This document shows, in pieces, positions 40,334 through 48,586 of a stretch of 48,586 nucleotides of DNA. A program made the position numbers and the translations under genes. The notes beneath the pieces are model-generated. The model was not told the origin of the DNA and did not search any database. It was given only the letters and a program-made list of their open reading frames with translations. The DNA comes from Bryobacterales bacterium (lineage in GTDB: Bacteria > Acidobacteriota > Terriglobia > Bryobacterales > Bryobacteraceae): positions 16,708 through 65,293 of the forward strand of contig PLDO01000523.1 of the NCBI GenBank assembly GCA_003136215.1, given 5' to 3'. Numbering within the stretch: position 1 is the first letter of the stretch; the number at the start of each line of letters is the position of its first letter.

Positions 40334-43300
40334 TCAGAACCGGAAGCGTACGGTTGCCTGCAGGGACCTCGGCCCCCCCGTTTGCAGGATGGGCGACAGT
40401 CCGCTGCCCGGACTGCCGGTGCCCAGCATCAGGTTCAACATCGAAGTGGATTGGCCGAATACGGCACTGCTCAGATACTTCACCGGGTCGCCGAAATTGG
40501 CCTGATTCAGGGCGTTGAAAGCTTCCAGGCGGAACTGAATGACCTTGCTGTCCCGCACGCGGAACTCGCGGCGCAGCGCCAGATCCACCTGTCCCATGCC
40601 GAAGCCGGGGATTGAGTTGCGCCCCAATGTGCCCTGCGTGCCGGCTGGGGCGGCTTGAAACGCTGCCTGGTTCAACCGCTTGCCTCCAGGGGCGGAGGCA
40701 TCGTCGAGCCAGATGGGCTGATTGAGGATGCGGTCGGGACGGAACGCGTTGGCCAGCGAAATGCCCTGATACTGCTCATTGAGCAGCACCGTGATGGGAA
40801 ACCCGCTGCGTACGCGCACCTGCGAGTCGATTGCCCATCCACCCAGCCACCGCCCCCAACCGGAGGGGCGCGAGGGGAGTTCGTAGGTCAGCGCGGCGGT
40901 CAGTGAATGGCGCAAATCGAAATCGCTGGAGGCGTGATCCCGCGCGGCGCCGGCATCCGGACCCGCCCACACCAGGTAGGCATCGCCCGAATCGTTATCC
41001 AGCGAGTGCGACCAGGAGTAGGATACCAGCGACTGCAAGCCGGCGAGCACTCTACGGCGATACTGCACCTGCAAGCCCTGGTATTCGGAAGCGCCGTTGT
41101 TGGTGGTGAGCGCGAATAGCGCCGTGGCGGTATTGCCCGGGCCGCCGACTTCGCGGCGGATCAGCCCGCTGCCCTTCGACCCGATGTATCCCACCGAGAG
41201 GACGTCGTGCGCGCCCAGCGCCTGATCGAGCGTAAAACTCCACTCGGTCAAACGGGGCAGCCGCAGATTCGGCGAGAAGGCGTAGCTCAGCAGCGACGAG
41301 AAGAGGCCGTATTTGCCGTTGGTGAAATAGGTGATATTGAAGGGCCCGCCATTGATCAGGTCGGTGGCGATGCTCAGGCTGGAATCGTAGAACAGGCCGC
41401 CGGAAGCGCGAACCACGGTCCGCCCGCTTTTGCGGATTCGCCAGGCCGCGCCCAGACGGGGCGCGAAATTGGTGTGCGGCACGGGCCAGAGCAGGCGGTT
41501 GTTTTTGTCGTAGAAGGTGCCGCTCTGCGGATCCAGGAAGTATGTACTGGCGGAAGCCGCCGGCGAGGGGTTCAGCTCCCATCGCAACCCGGGGGTGATC
41601 ACGATGCCTGGCGAGATCTGCCAGGTGTCCTGCGCCCAGAGCGAGAGTTCCGTCACCTCGGTGCCGGTACGGACCGCGGGCGAACTGCCCAGCCAGAGGT
41701 TCTTCTTGTCAACCAGGGCGGTCATGTCGTCGGCGAGGGCGCTGAGGATTCCGGTGGCATCGCGCCGGATGGGCACCATGCGCCGGTAATCCGCGCCAAA
41801 CCGTACCGTGTGGGAACCTCCCTTCCAGGCGGTGGATTCCACCGTTTGAAACTGCCGCTGCGTGCGTGTGCCCTCGCGGCCGGTCACCATCTGGCCGACG
41901 CCGCCGATGGAAAAACGCACCAGCTGGTTGCAGGTCCCGTCGGAGGGGAACAGATACGACGTCATCGGCTCCAGCGCGCATCCGGATGAATTGGCCTGGC
42001 CGGCCGGCGCCCAACTGGATTGCGCCTCCGCCTGGGATTCGTTGCCCCGCAAATCGATGGTCCAGCGCGCGCCGGGACGTAAGTTCAGTCCCAGAGTCAG
42101 GCTCCGGAAGCGGAGGTCCAGACGGTTGACCTGCGTGCTGCCGAATTCGTTAGAGGAGGGTGAGTCGTTGTAGCGGGCGAAGAAAGTCGCTCGCGAGGAA
42201 ATGGCATGATCGATACGCGCCAGGCCGCTATCCAGTTGCGAAGGCCGTACGTTGCGGCCATACCAGGTGGCCAGGGAGTTGCCCAGGTCCCCGCCGTTGG
42301 CTTGCGGGTAAAGGTCCAAACCCGGCTGGACCCAGGCCGGCGCGGCGGCCCGTGCCGCATCGGTGGGCACGGGTTGGGTGGAAACGTACGATCCGCGCAG
42401 CGTCATGTGCTCGTAGGAGAGAAAAAAGAAGGTGCGGTCGCGGCGCATGGGGCCGCCGAAGGACGGCGAGATATCGTGCAGCCGCAACGGACCGCGGCGA
42501 ATGCCGGCGACGTTGGCGAACCAGTCGTTAGCGGCCAGCAATTCGTTGCGGAAACGGTAAACCACCGAACCGTGGAATTCGTCGGAGCCGGAGCGGCTGG
42601 TGAGCGCCACGTTCGCGCCCGGCAGGCGGCCGAGTTCGCTCATGGCGTTGGAGGTCTGCACGCGAAACTCATCGACGGCCTCCACCGGCAGAAGCGAGTC
42701 CAGGCTGCCAAAGGCGCTCATCGCCGGCAGAACGCCGCCGGTAGCCTGCGCCGGTAAACCTCCGGCCGTGACGCCGGTATTGGCGCTGGCGCCGTCAACG
42801 GTGAAGTAGTTGGCGTTAGGCCGCTGCCCGTTGGCGGTGAACTGGCCGGCTTCCCCGCGTGTGGCTGGGGTGACGTTGGTGCCGGGAGACAGTTCCAGCA
42901 GACCCAAAACTCCGCGGCCATTCAGCGGAAGGCGCTGGATGTCTTCACGCGAGATGCGCACCCCGATGGCGGCGTCCTCCTGGCCTGGAACCGCCGCCAC
43001 GCCTTCCACGGTAATGGTCTCCTGCACGGCGCCGACGCTGAGCGTGAAATCCACCACCGCCGCCTCCAGATTCGCCACCTTCACGTTGAAGCGAATCATG
43101 GTGCGGAATCCGTCTTTCCGCACCGTGACCTTGTAGTCGCCGGAGTCGAGCGAACCCACCGCATATTCGCCGTCGGAGGACGTCTGCGTGACGCGGCGGA
43201 AACCGCTTTCCTGGTTGACGATAGTGATGTCGGCTTCCGGGACCACGGCCTGCGACGGATCGAGGACGCGACCGTGGATATAGGCCGAACGCTGGGCCCA

Positions 43301-43360
43301 AGCCGGCGAATTGCAGACTAGAAATGCGACTAAAACTGCGACCAGGGGGCCAGCATTCAT
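40334..43360 (-). CDS. Giant TonB-dependent-receptor-like outer-membrane protein with an N-terminal CarboxypepD_reg domain
   Basis: Signal peptide (...NSPAWAQ). The carboxypeptidase-regulatory-like region is IHGRVLDPSQAVVPEADITIVNQESGF...DGEYAVGSLDSGDYKVTV, followed by a plug-like ISREDIQRLPLNGR. The long beta-rich body ends ...ATVRFRF (terminal Phe). Confidence 0.9.
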   Translation of the reverse strand: MNAGPLVAVLVAFLVCNSPAWAQRSAYIHGRVLDPSQAVVPEADITIVNQESGFRRVTQTSSDGEYAVGSLDSGDYKVTVRKDGFRTMIRFNVKVANLEAAVVDFTLSVGAVQETITVEGVAAVPGQEDAAIGVRISREDIQRLPLNGRGVLGLLELSPGTNVTPATRGEAGQFTANGQRPNANYFTVDGASANTGVTAGGLPAQATGGVLPAMSAFGSLDSLLPVEAVDEFRVQTSNAMSELGRLPGANVALTSRSGSDEFHGSVVYRFRNELLAANDWFANVAGIRRGPLRLHDISPSFGGPMRRDRTFFFLSYEHMTLRGSYVSTQPVPTDAARAAAPAWVQPGLDLYPQANGGDLGNSLATWYGRNVRPSQLDSGLARIDHAISSRATFFARYNDSPSSNEFGSTQVNRLDLRFRSLTLGLNLRPGARWTIDLRGNESQAEAQSSWAPAGQANSSGCALEPMTSYLFPSDGTCNQLVRFSIGGVGQMVTGREGTRTQRQFQTVESTAWKGGSHTVRFGADYRRMVPIRRDATGILSALADDMTALVDKKNLWLGSSPAVRTGTEVTELSLWAQDTWQISPGIVITPGLRWELNPSPAASASTYFLDPQSGTFYDKNNRLLWPVPHTNFAPRLGAAWRIRKSGRTVVRASGGLFYDSSLSIATDLINGGPFNITYFTNGKYGLFSSLLSYAFSPNLRLPRLTEWSFTLDQALGAHDVLSVGYIGSKGSGLIRREVGGPGNTATALFALTTNNGASEYQGLQVQYRRRVLAGLQSLVSYSWSHSLDNDSGDAYLVWAGPDAGAARDHASSDFDLRHSLTAALTYELPSRPSGWGRWLGGWAIDSQVRVRSGFPITVLLNEQYQGISLANAFRPDRILNQPIWLDDASAPGGKRLNQAAFQAAPAGTQGTLGRNSIPGFGMGQVDLALRREFRVRDSKVIQFRLEAFNALNQANFGDPVKYLSSAVFGQSTSMLNLMLGTGSPGSGLSPILQTGGPRSLQATVRFRF

Positions 43361-43441
43361 TTGCGCTGCCTAAGGCCATCGTACGACAGAACACAGGAGG
43401 ATTGCCGGATGCGCCTTGGGAAACTGGCTGGAAAGGTACGT

Positions 43442-45112
43442 TTACCGGCCGTCGAGCAGACGCCGGCACTCTTCGGTGCCCCTGGAAAGTTGTGCCAGAG
43501 CGATGAGCAACTGCCCCGGGACATTGACCGAAGCATCCCCCGCGGGCGCGACGCCAAGCACAACAGCCAGCAGGCTTTCCGCGCGGCGCGCGGAGGCCAG
43601 CAGCTCTTCGCTGGCGGATTGCCAGTCTACAGGCTCCTGGCGCGCTTCAAGTTGTGTGACGCCTGTTCCGATGCCGGCCAAAACGGGATTGACGGTGACG
43701 GCGACGCGCTGCGCGTCTTTGGAAAAAGCCGCCAGATGCTCGCGGCCGAGATTGTGGAGGGTTTGCCGGTCTTCCGCCGTCATTTCATTTTCGGCCGCGG
43801 CGGAAAACTGCTGGGCCAGGCGGCGCAGCGCATAAGCGCGCGTCATTGCCGAATCGGTCCAATCCAATACCGAAGCGCTGAAACGCTCGAACTGCGGCCG
43901 GCCACCGAGGCGTTCTTCAATTCGCGCCGCGTATGTTGATTTTTCGGGGCCAGCCGCATCACGAGTTGCCGGTTCCGATGGAACCGGCATTGCGCCTGCG
44001 GGGAATTCGGGGTCGTCGAACCGTACTGCCACGTGCGGCAACCGGTCCAGCAGACCATGAATCTGTTGTTGCCGTTGGGGCGGAATCCCGGTGCCGGAAA
44101 CCAGCACCTGCCCGCCTTCCCGGCTGATTTCGATCGGGTCGCCCAGGTCGGCGCCCAACTGATGGAGCGCGGAGACCACCTGCAACTCTTCGGAGTACGT
44201 CGAGTGTTCGGTGGTTTCGGCGGGGACCGTGAGAGGACCCGGCGGCACGGCAGGTTGGCGAAGCGTGCCGCCGGTGGTTCCAGCTACTTGGCTTGCGGGA
44301 TTTGTTTGCTGGTCGACCAATTCCGTCATTTCCACCCAGTCGCGGTTGCGAAACTCGAAGCGGCCTTCCAGAGGTTCCAGGTCGCTGTTGCGGAGCTTAA
44401 GCGTCGCGCTGACGAGTTCGCTATCTTCTGTAGTGGTCTTGATGTCGTAAGAATTCGGTTGGGACGCGATGGCGTCCTGAAAGCGCGGCAGCCCCTGGCG
44501 CCATGCGGAGTACGATTTGGCGCTCAACGGATCGCTCCAATCGTAGTGGGCGGCATCGAACAGGCGGGCGATTTCGGTTTCCCGCGCCGGCGGCTTGTAG
44601 GAAGCGCCGAGGACGCGCGTCATCTGGCCGGTGCGGGTGGTGATGCGCAGGCGCTTGACGGCGGCGGGACGCGATTGGGAGGCCAGGACGGCCTTTTGCA
44701 GCAGGACGGCCGCTTCCACTTTGGGTGTTTCGCGAAGCTGTTGAACCAGGACGAAGCAGAGCGCCAGCACGGCGGCGCCGGTGAGGGCCCATCGCAGAGC
44801 GCCACTCCGCAGCGGCGAGAGGAAGCGCGCCATGCGAAGCCAAAGCGATTGAGTTGCCAGTTCGGCATCCACGCGTTCGAAATCCAGGCTGCGCCACGGT
44901 TCCGGCGCGGGCGGCAGGCCGGGGGCGAGCACATCCCGGCGATAGCGCACGCATTCGCCGATCGCGCCTTCGAACTCTTCCACCTGGGTGCGGCACTGCC
45001 AGCAGGCTTCCAGATGGGCCCGGACCCGGCGCGCCTTGCGCCCGGGCAATTCGCCATCCAGGTAGCGCAGCAACAGGCCGTCTTCGGGGTGGCGCAAGTC
45101 GAGATTACTCAT
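43442..45112 (-). CDS. Anti-sigma factor (zf-HC2 type) with a large periplasmic domain
   Basis: Trimmed to the ATG at 45112, which overlaps the sigma gene stop (ATGAGTAA). N-terminus DGELPGRKARRVRAHLEACWQCRTQVEEF (H-x3-C-x2-C). One TM segment (ALTGAAVLALCFVLVQQL), then ~420 aa outside the membrane. Confidence 0.85.
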   Translation of the reverse strand: MSNLDLRHPEDGLLLRYLDGELPGRKARRVRAHLEACWQCRTQVEEFEGAIGECVRYRRDVLAPGLPPAPEPWRSLDFERVDAELATQSLWLRMARFLSPLRSGALRWALTGAAVLALCFVLVQQLRETPKVEAAVLLQKAVLASQSRPAAVKRLRITTRTGQMTRVLGASYKPPARETEIARLFDAAHYDWSDPLSAKSYSAWRQGLPRFQDAIASQPNSYDIKTTTEDSELVSATLKLRNSDLEPLEGRFEFRNRDWVEMTELVDQQTNPASQVAGTTGGTLRQPAVPPGPLTVPAETTEHSTYSEELQVVSALHQLGADLGDPIEISREGGQVLVSGTGIPPQRQQQIHGLLDRLPHVAVRFDDPEFPAGAMPVPSEPATRDAAGPEKSTYAARIEERLGGRPQFERFSASVLDWTDSAMTRAYALRRLAQQFSAAAENEMTAEDRQTLHNLGREHLAAFSKDAQRVAVTVNPVLAGIGTGVTQLEARQEPVDWQSASEELLASARRAESLLAVVLGVAPAGDASVNVPGQLLIALAQLSRGTEECRRLLDGR

Positions 45113-45659
45113 CGCGCACCTTCTTGAGCCGCACCATGGCGCGGCGTAGAAATTCCCCCACCGCGCTCGGGCTGATGCCCAGCGTGGAGCCGATCTCCGG
45201 ATACCGCAAACCTTCCATGCGCAGAAACAGGCAGCGGCGCTGCTGCTCGCTGAGGCCCTCCACCGCGGCATGAAAACGCGTCATGCGTTCGCGCTCCAAC
45301 AGTTCGCTCTCGGGCGTCCCGTCCTGCGTGGTGGAGTGGGCGCTCAGTTCGGGGTTGAATGGCTCCTCGGAATGCTGCCGGGTGCGGATTTTGAGGCCGA
45401 GATTGTGCGCCACGCGGAAGATCCAGGCGCGCGGGTTTTGAATCTCCTCCCCTTTGCGCAGGGTGGCATACAGCCGCAAAAAAACTTCCTGCGCGGCCTC
45501 CTGCGCCTGCGGCGGATACAAACCCAGGGTGAGCAGATACCGGTACACGTCGTCCCGCGCCTCTTCGAACAGGCGGGAGACCTGATCCTGCAAAGACGTA
45601 CCGGTTTGGTCCTGGCGTATCAAACCCACGAGTTGTTCGTCGGACGCGAATGACGACAT
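45105..45659 (-). CDS. ECF-type RNA polymerase sigma-70 factor
   Basis: 184 aa. The region 2 pattern is DDVYRYLLTLGLYPPQAQEAAQEVFLRLY ... RAWIFRVAHNL. Region 4 is LSEQQRRCLFLRMEGLRYPEIGSTLGISPSAVGEFLRRA. Confidence 0.92.
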   Translation of the reverse strand: MSSFASDEQLVGLIRQDQTGTSLQDQVSRLFEEARDDVYRYLLTLGLYPPQAQEAAQEVFLRLYATLRKGEEIQNPRAWIFRVAHNLGLKIRTRQHSEEPFNPELSAHSTTQDGTPESELLERERMTRFHAAVEGLSEQQRRCLFLRMEGLRYPEIGSTLGISPSAVGEFLRRAMVRLKKVRDE

Positions 45660-45691
45660 TCCCTCTTCACCAAAGACCCCCGGGAAATATT

Positions 45692-45748
45692 TCCAACTAC
45701 ACCATTTTCAGGAATATTTTCGGTGCAGCTGGATTCAGTGTAGTTGGA
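45692..45748. promoter_or_regulatory. 11-bp perfect inverted repeat in the divergent sigma/GT2 promoter region
   Basis: TCCAACTACAC (45692-45702) and GTGTAGTTGGA (45738-45748) are separated by 35 nt. It is overlapped on the left by the 12-bp palindrome GGAAATATTTCC (45683-45694). Confidence 0.45.
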
Positions 45749-45790
45749 TTGGCGTCCGAAGAGTCTTTGAATTGAACAACGCCCAAACCA

Positions 45791-46843
45791 ATGACGGAAC
45801 CCACCGTATGCATTTCCATTGTCACATTCAATAGCAGCCGGTACATCCGTCGCTGTTTGAACGCCGCGCTGGCCCAAAAGGGCATCCAGGCGGCCGTGGT
45901 GGTGGTGGATAACGCCTCCGACGACGGTACCGGCGCAATCCTGGACGAATTCGGCAGCCGCATACAGGTGATCCGGAACCGCTGCAACGTGGGGTTCGCC
46001 GAGGCCCAGAACCAGGGGATCCGGTCCAGCCGGGCGGAATGGGTGTTGACGCTCAATCCGGATTTGTTGATGGAAGAAGATTTCGTGCGCCGCCTGGTGG
46101 ATGCCGGGGAGTTGGACCGCGGGGCGGGCGCGGTGTGTGGAAAGTTGCTCTCCATCGGCGCCGGGTTCCAGCCGTTAGCCGAGCCGCGGATCGATTCCAC
46201 CGGCCTGTTCTTTACGCCCGCGATGCGCCACTTCGACCGCGGATGGCATGAGCCGGACGATGGCGCCTACGACAGGGCCGAGTACGTCTTTGGCGCCTGC
46301 GCGGCGGCGGCGCTCTACCGGCGGCGGATGGTCGACGACATCTCCATTGGCGGCGACTTCTTCGACCCGGATTTCTTCGCCTACCGGGAAGATGCCGACG
46401 TGGCCTGGCGTGCGCAACTGCTCGGCTGGCGATGCATCTACACGCCGGCGGCGGTCGGCTGGCACGTCCGCAGCGTGGTGCCCGGGGAGCGGCGCTCTGT
46501 CACCCCGTCCATCAACATGCACTCCGTGAAGAATCGTTTTCTGATGCGCATCAAGAATGCCACGCCCGGTCTCTACCGGCACTGCTGGTTGCCCATGACG
46601 GCGCGCGACATGGTGGTAGTGGCCGGATGTCTGTTCCTGGAACATCGCTCGCTGCCGGCATTCTGGCAGGTGGCAAAGTGTTGGCCCGCCATGTGGCAGA
46701 GGCGCCGCGAGATCATGCGCCGCCGCCGGGTAAGCGACCGCGCGCTGATGCGCTGGTTCCGCTTTGAACTGGCGGGTGAACCGCTGACCCCCGAACCGGC
46801 GCCGGCCGCCGCCCCCCGGATGCTGGCGCCGGACGCGGCCTGA
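45791..46843 (+). CDS. Family-2 glycosyltransferase (rhamnosyltransferase/WbbL-like)
   Basis: ISIVTFNSSRYIRRCL, VVVDNASDDGT, NVGFAEAQNQG, LNPD and FAYREDADVAWR are typical of soluble GT2 enzymes. Confidence 0.88.
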   Translation: MTEPTVCISIVTFNSSRYIRRCLNAALAQKGIQAAVVVVDNASDDGTGAILDEFGSRIQVIRNRCNVGFAEAQNQGIRSSRAEWVLTLNPDLLMEEDFVRRLVDAGELDRGAGAVCGKLLSIGAGFQPLAEPRIDSTGLFFTPAMRHFDRGWHEPDDGAYDRAEYVFGACAAAALYRRRMVDDISIGGDFFDPDFFAYREDADVAWRAQLLGWRCIYTPAAVGWHVRSVVPGERRSVTPSINMHSVKNRFLMRIKNATPGLYRHCWLPMTARDMVVVAGCLFLEHRSLPAFWQVAKCWPAMWQRRREIMRRRRVSDRALMRWFRFELAGEPLTPEPAPAAAPRMLAPDAA

Positions 46844-46896
46844 CAGCCCTGGGGCTTGCAAACGGTGGCGCATGGGTGTAGATATCGTCCAGGGCA

Positions 46897-47559
46897 ATGC
46901 CGCAAAGCTCAGCACGAAGCGCACGGCCGAAACGGCCGCAGCGGGATCCGCGGGTCGCGCCATTGGCGGACGTGGCGGAACACAACTATGAATTGATTGG
47001 GGAAGTGCTCGCGGGACTTAGCGCCAGACGGGCGGGTGTGAGATTTGGCGCCAGTAAGGCGCTGCTGATATTGAGCGAGTTGGTGCCCGAGGCGCTGTAC
47101 CCGCACTTCGACTCTTTCGCGGCCATGCTGGACCACGAAAACCAGATCCTGAAATGGAATGCCATGCTCACCCTGGCCAACCTGGCGCGGGTAGATCGCG
47201 AAGGAAAGATCGAAGCCATCCTGGACCGGTACCTCGACCCCATCTCCGGGCCGGACATGATCAGCGCGGCCAATGCCATTAGCGGGGCTGTCGTCATCGG
47301 CGTGGCCAAGCCTCACCTCGTCCGCCGGATCCTGCTGCGAATCATGCGGGTGGAGTACGCGGAATATGCCACCCCGGAGTGCCGGAACGTGGCCATCGGG
47401 CACGCCCTGAAGGCGCTGGAACCGCTGGCCGACCTGCTGCCCGACCGGCGGATGCTGCGCTTGTTTGCGGCGCGCCAGTTGGGCAATCCGCGGGCGGCAA
47501 CCAGCGCCAAAGCGCGCAAATTCCTGAAGGCCCGCGGCAAACCGGCGCAGGTGGGATAA
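46897..47559 (+). CDS. Hypothetical protein, helical-repeat (HEAT/ARM-like) appearance
   Basis: 220-aa ORF with neighbour-like codon bias and repeated amphipathic helices, but no motif I can name. The start is uncertain. The last codons and the TAA stop lie inside repeat copy 3. Confidence 0.55.
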   Translation: MPQSSARSARPKRPQRDPRVAPLADVAEHNYELIGEVLAGLSARRAGVRFGASKALLILSELVPEALYPHFDSFAAMLDHENQILKWNAMLTLANLARVDREGKIEAILDRYLDPISGPDMISAANAISGAVVIGVAKPHLVRRILLRIMRVEYAEYATPECRNVAIGHALKALEPLADLLPDRRMLRLFAARQLGNPRAATSAKARKFLKARGKPAQVG

Positions 47560-47591
47560 GGCTCTGCCTTGTCCATCCGAGCGAAGCTCGG
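47551..47591 (-). repeat. Copy 3 of the 41-nt double-hairpin repeat (reverse orientation)
   Basis: The plus strand reads GTGGGATAAGGCTCTGCCTTGTCCATCCGAGCGAAGCTCGG. Its reverse complement is CCGAGCTTCGCTCGGATGGACAAGGCAGAGCCTTATCCCAC. Confidence 0.85.
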
Positions 47592-47890
47592 ACGCGATCC
47601 ACCCATGTCTCAACCGGGCAGACCGGGGGGGCAAACCAGGGCAGTATCCGCAAATCCCCATTCGCGGCCCCCACCAAACCCCAGGGCCTCGCCACCCAGA
47701 AACAGTGGTCCAACAAGGCCGCCGACGCCCTCCTCCGCAAAGCCGTAACCCAAACATCCATAAATATCCGCCCCCTGTTTCCAATCACTTACCGCCCTCC
47801 ACCCCCGAATCCCCCAAATCGCCCCTCTATCCTCAAGGTAGGACAGGCCGGGGTACCCTCTGGGTCCGCCTGTCCATTACCGGAGCCATC

Positions 47891-48553
47891 ATGTCCACTC
47901 TCCGTCAAATAGAAGCCAACCGCCGGAATTCCCAGAAGTCCACCGGCCCTACCTCCGTCGCGGGCAAGGCAGCCTCCTCCATGAACGCCCTCAAAACCGG
48001 CATCCACGCCAAATCCCTCGTCCTTCCCTCCGAGAAACTCGCCGATCTCGAACTCTTGATCGCCGAGTATTACCAGCGCCACCACCCCGCCTCCCCCGAA
48101 GCCCGCGCCCTCGTCGACGACCTCATCTACTGCGAGTGGCTCCAGCGCCGCCTCCGCGCCGCCGAAACCCAGCTTTGGGCATACGACCACCGCGACTCCT
48201 TCGAGCCCCATGACAAATATCCCCTCGGCCAGACCGCCAGCCACAAGTCCAAAGCCTTCGGCCAGCTCCAGTGGCGCTTCAACTGCACCCGCCGCGCCAG
48301 CCAGCGCGCCCTCCAGGACCTCAAAGAACTCCAGGCCGAGGCTCAAGCCGCCCCGCCGGCCCTCCAACCCCCGTCCCTACCTCATTCACCCCAAATCACT
48401 TCACCCCAAATTGGCTTCGTTCCGGCAATCCCCACCCCAGCCCCACCTCGGCCGGCGCCAACAACCTCGCTCAAGCCCCAAATACCGCTGGCTACTGGGT
48501 ACAATGGTGTTGGCATTCCGGGGACTGTCTTCCGGTCTTCGATACTGCCGTGA
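47891..48553 (+). CDS. Hypothetical protein with a Pro-rich C-terminus
   Basis: Trimmed to the ATG at 47891, with GGAG 5 nt upstream. There is strong third-position C/G bias. The N-terminal IEANRRNSQKSTGPTSVAGKAASSMNALKTGIHA resembles a widespread uncharacterised motif (NRRNA..STGP.T..GK..S..NA.KHG) that I recall from hypothetical proteins of soil phyla. Confidence 0.65.
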   Translation: MSTLRQIEANRRNSQKSTGPTSVAGKAASSMNALKTGIHAKSLVLPSEKLADLELLIAEYYQRHHPASPEARALVDDLIYCEWLQRRLRAAETQLWAYDHRDSFEPHDKYPLGQTASHKSKAFGQLQWRFNCTRRASQRALQDLKELQAEAQAAPPALQPPSLPHSPQITSPQIGFVPAIPTPAPPRPAPTTSLKPQIPLATGYNGVGIPGTVFRSSILP

Positions 48554-48564
48554 ATAGACCCTTA

Positions 48565-48586
48565 GGGCCCTTAGCTCAGCGGTTAG
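48565..48586 (+). tRNA. 5' fragment of a tRNA gene cut by the window end (identity undeterminable)
   Basis: GGGCCCT-TA-GCTC-AGCGGTTAG is a canonical acceptor strand, U8/A9, D stem and D loop. The anticodon lies outside the window. Confidence 0.55.

Noticed and set aside
47705-47890. GTG-initiated Pro-rich extension of the last hypothetical gene
   Set aside because: There is no Shine-Dalgarno sequence and the composition is low-complexity and C-rich. The internal ATG at 47891 has GGAG 5 nt upstream.

Overview
This is a high-GC bacterial chromosome segment, by eye about two-thirds G+C in most genes. It is probably from Acidobacteriota of the Solibacter/Bryobacter type. That placement is an inference from two TIGR03437-like C-terminal modules, a 1008-aa CarboxypepD_reg-type outer-membrane protein and a Y_Y_Y propeller sensor kinase. 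All domain calls are motif recognition from memory; no searches were run. I support about 40 protein genes, two complete tRNAs (Ala-GGC, Pro-GGG), one edge-truncated tRNA, one decayed gene remnant and a three-copy 41-nt structured repeat.

Gene order:
- a secreted phosphoesterase, an amidohydrolase and a processive GT2
- a LolA-like/FtsX/ABC operon
- tRNA-Ala followed by a MntA/HepT toxin-antitoxin pair
- a sensor kinase/LuxR regulator followed by a secreted propeller-PHP protein coupled to a GH5 hydrolase
- a P1B-type ATPase fused in frame to an HflK-like SPFH domain, followed by HflC, a second HflK and a small anchored protein
- a URO-D-like gene and an FG-GAP gene
- a tightly packed 10-gene amino-sugar/acyl-carrier cluster of lower GC (26980-36924), with a convergent WecE aminotransferase next to tRNA-Pro
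- an ECF sigma/anti-sigma/giant OMP module
- a further GT2 and two hypothetical genes

The most interesting observations:
1. The pump-SPFH fusion, whose domain junction is built from a copy of the dispersed 41-nt double-hairpin repeat.
2. The repeat family itself, which shows a compensatory base-pair change.
3. The Arn-like cluster, which has two carrier proteins and a formyltransferase fused to a condensation-like half domain.
4. A heptamer array upstream of that cluster.

No CRISPR array, integrase or transposase was seen. The many long antisense ORFs in the track are GC-driven shadows.
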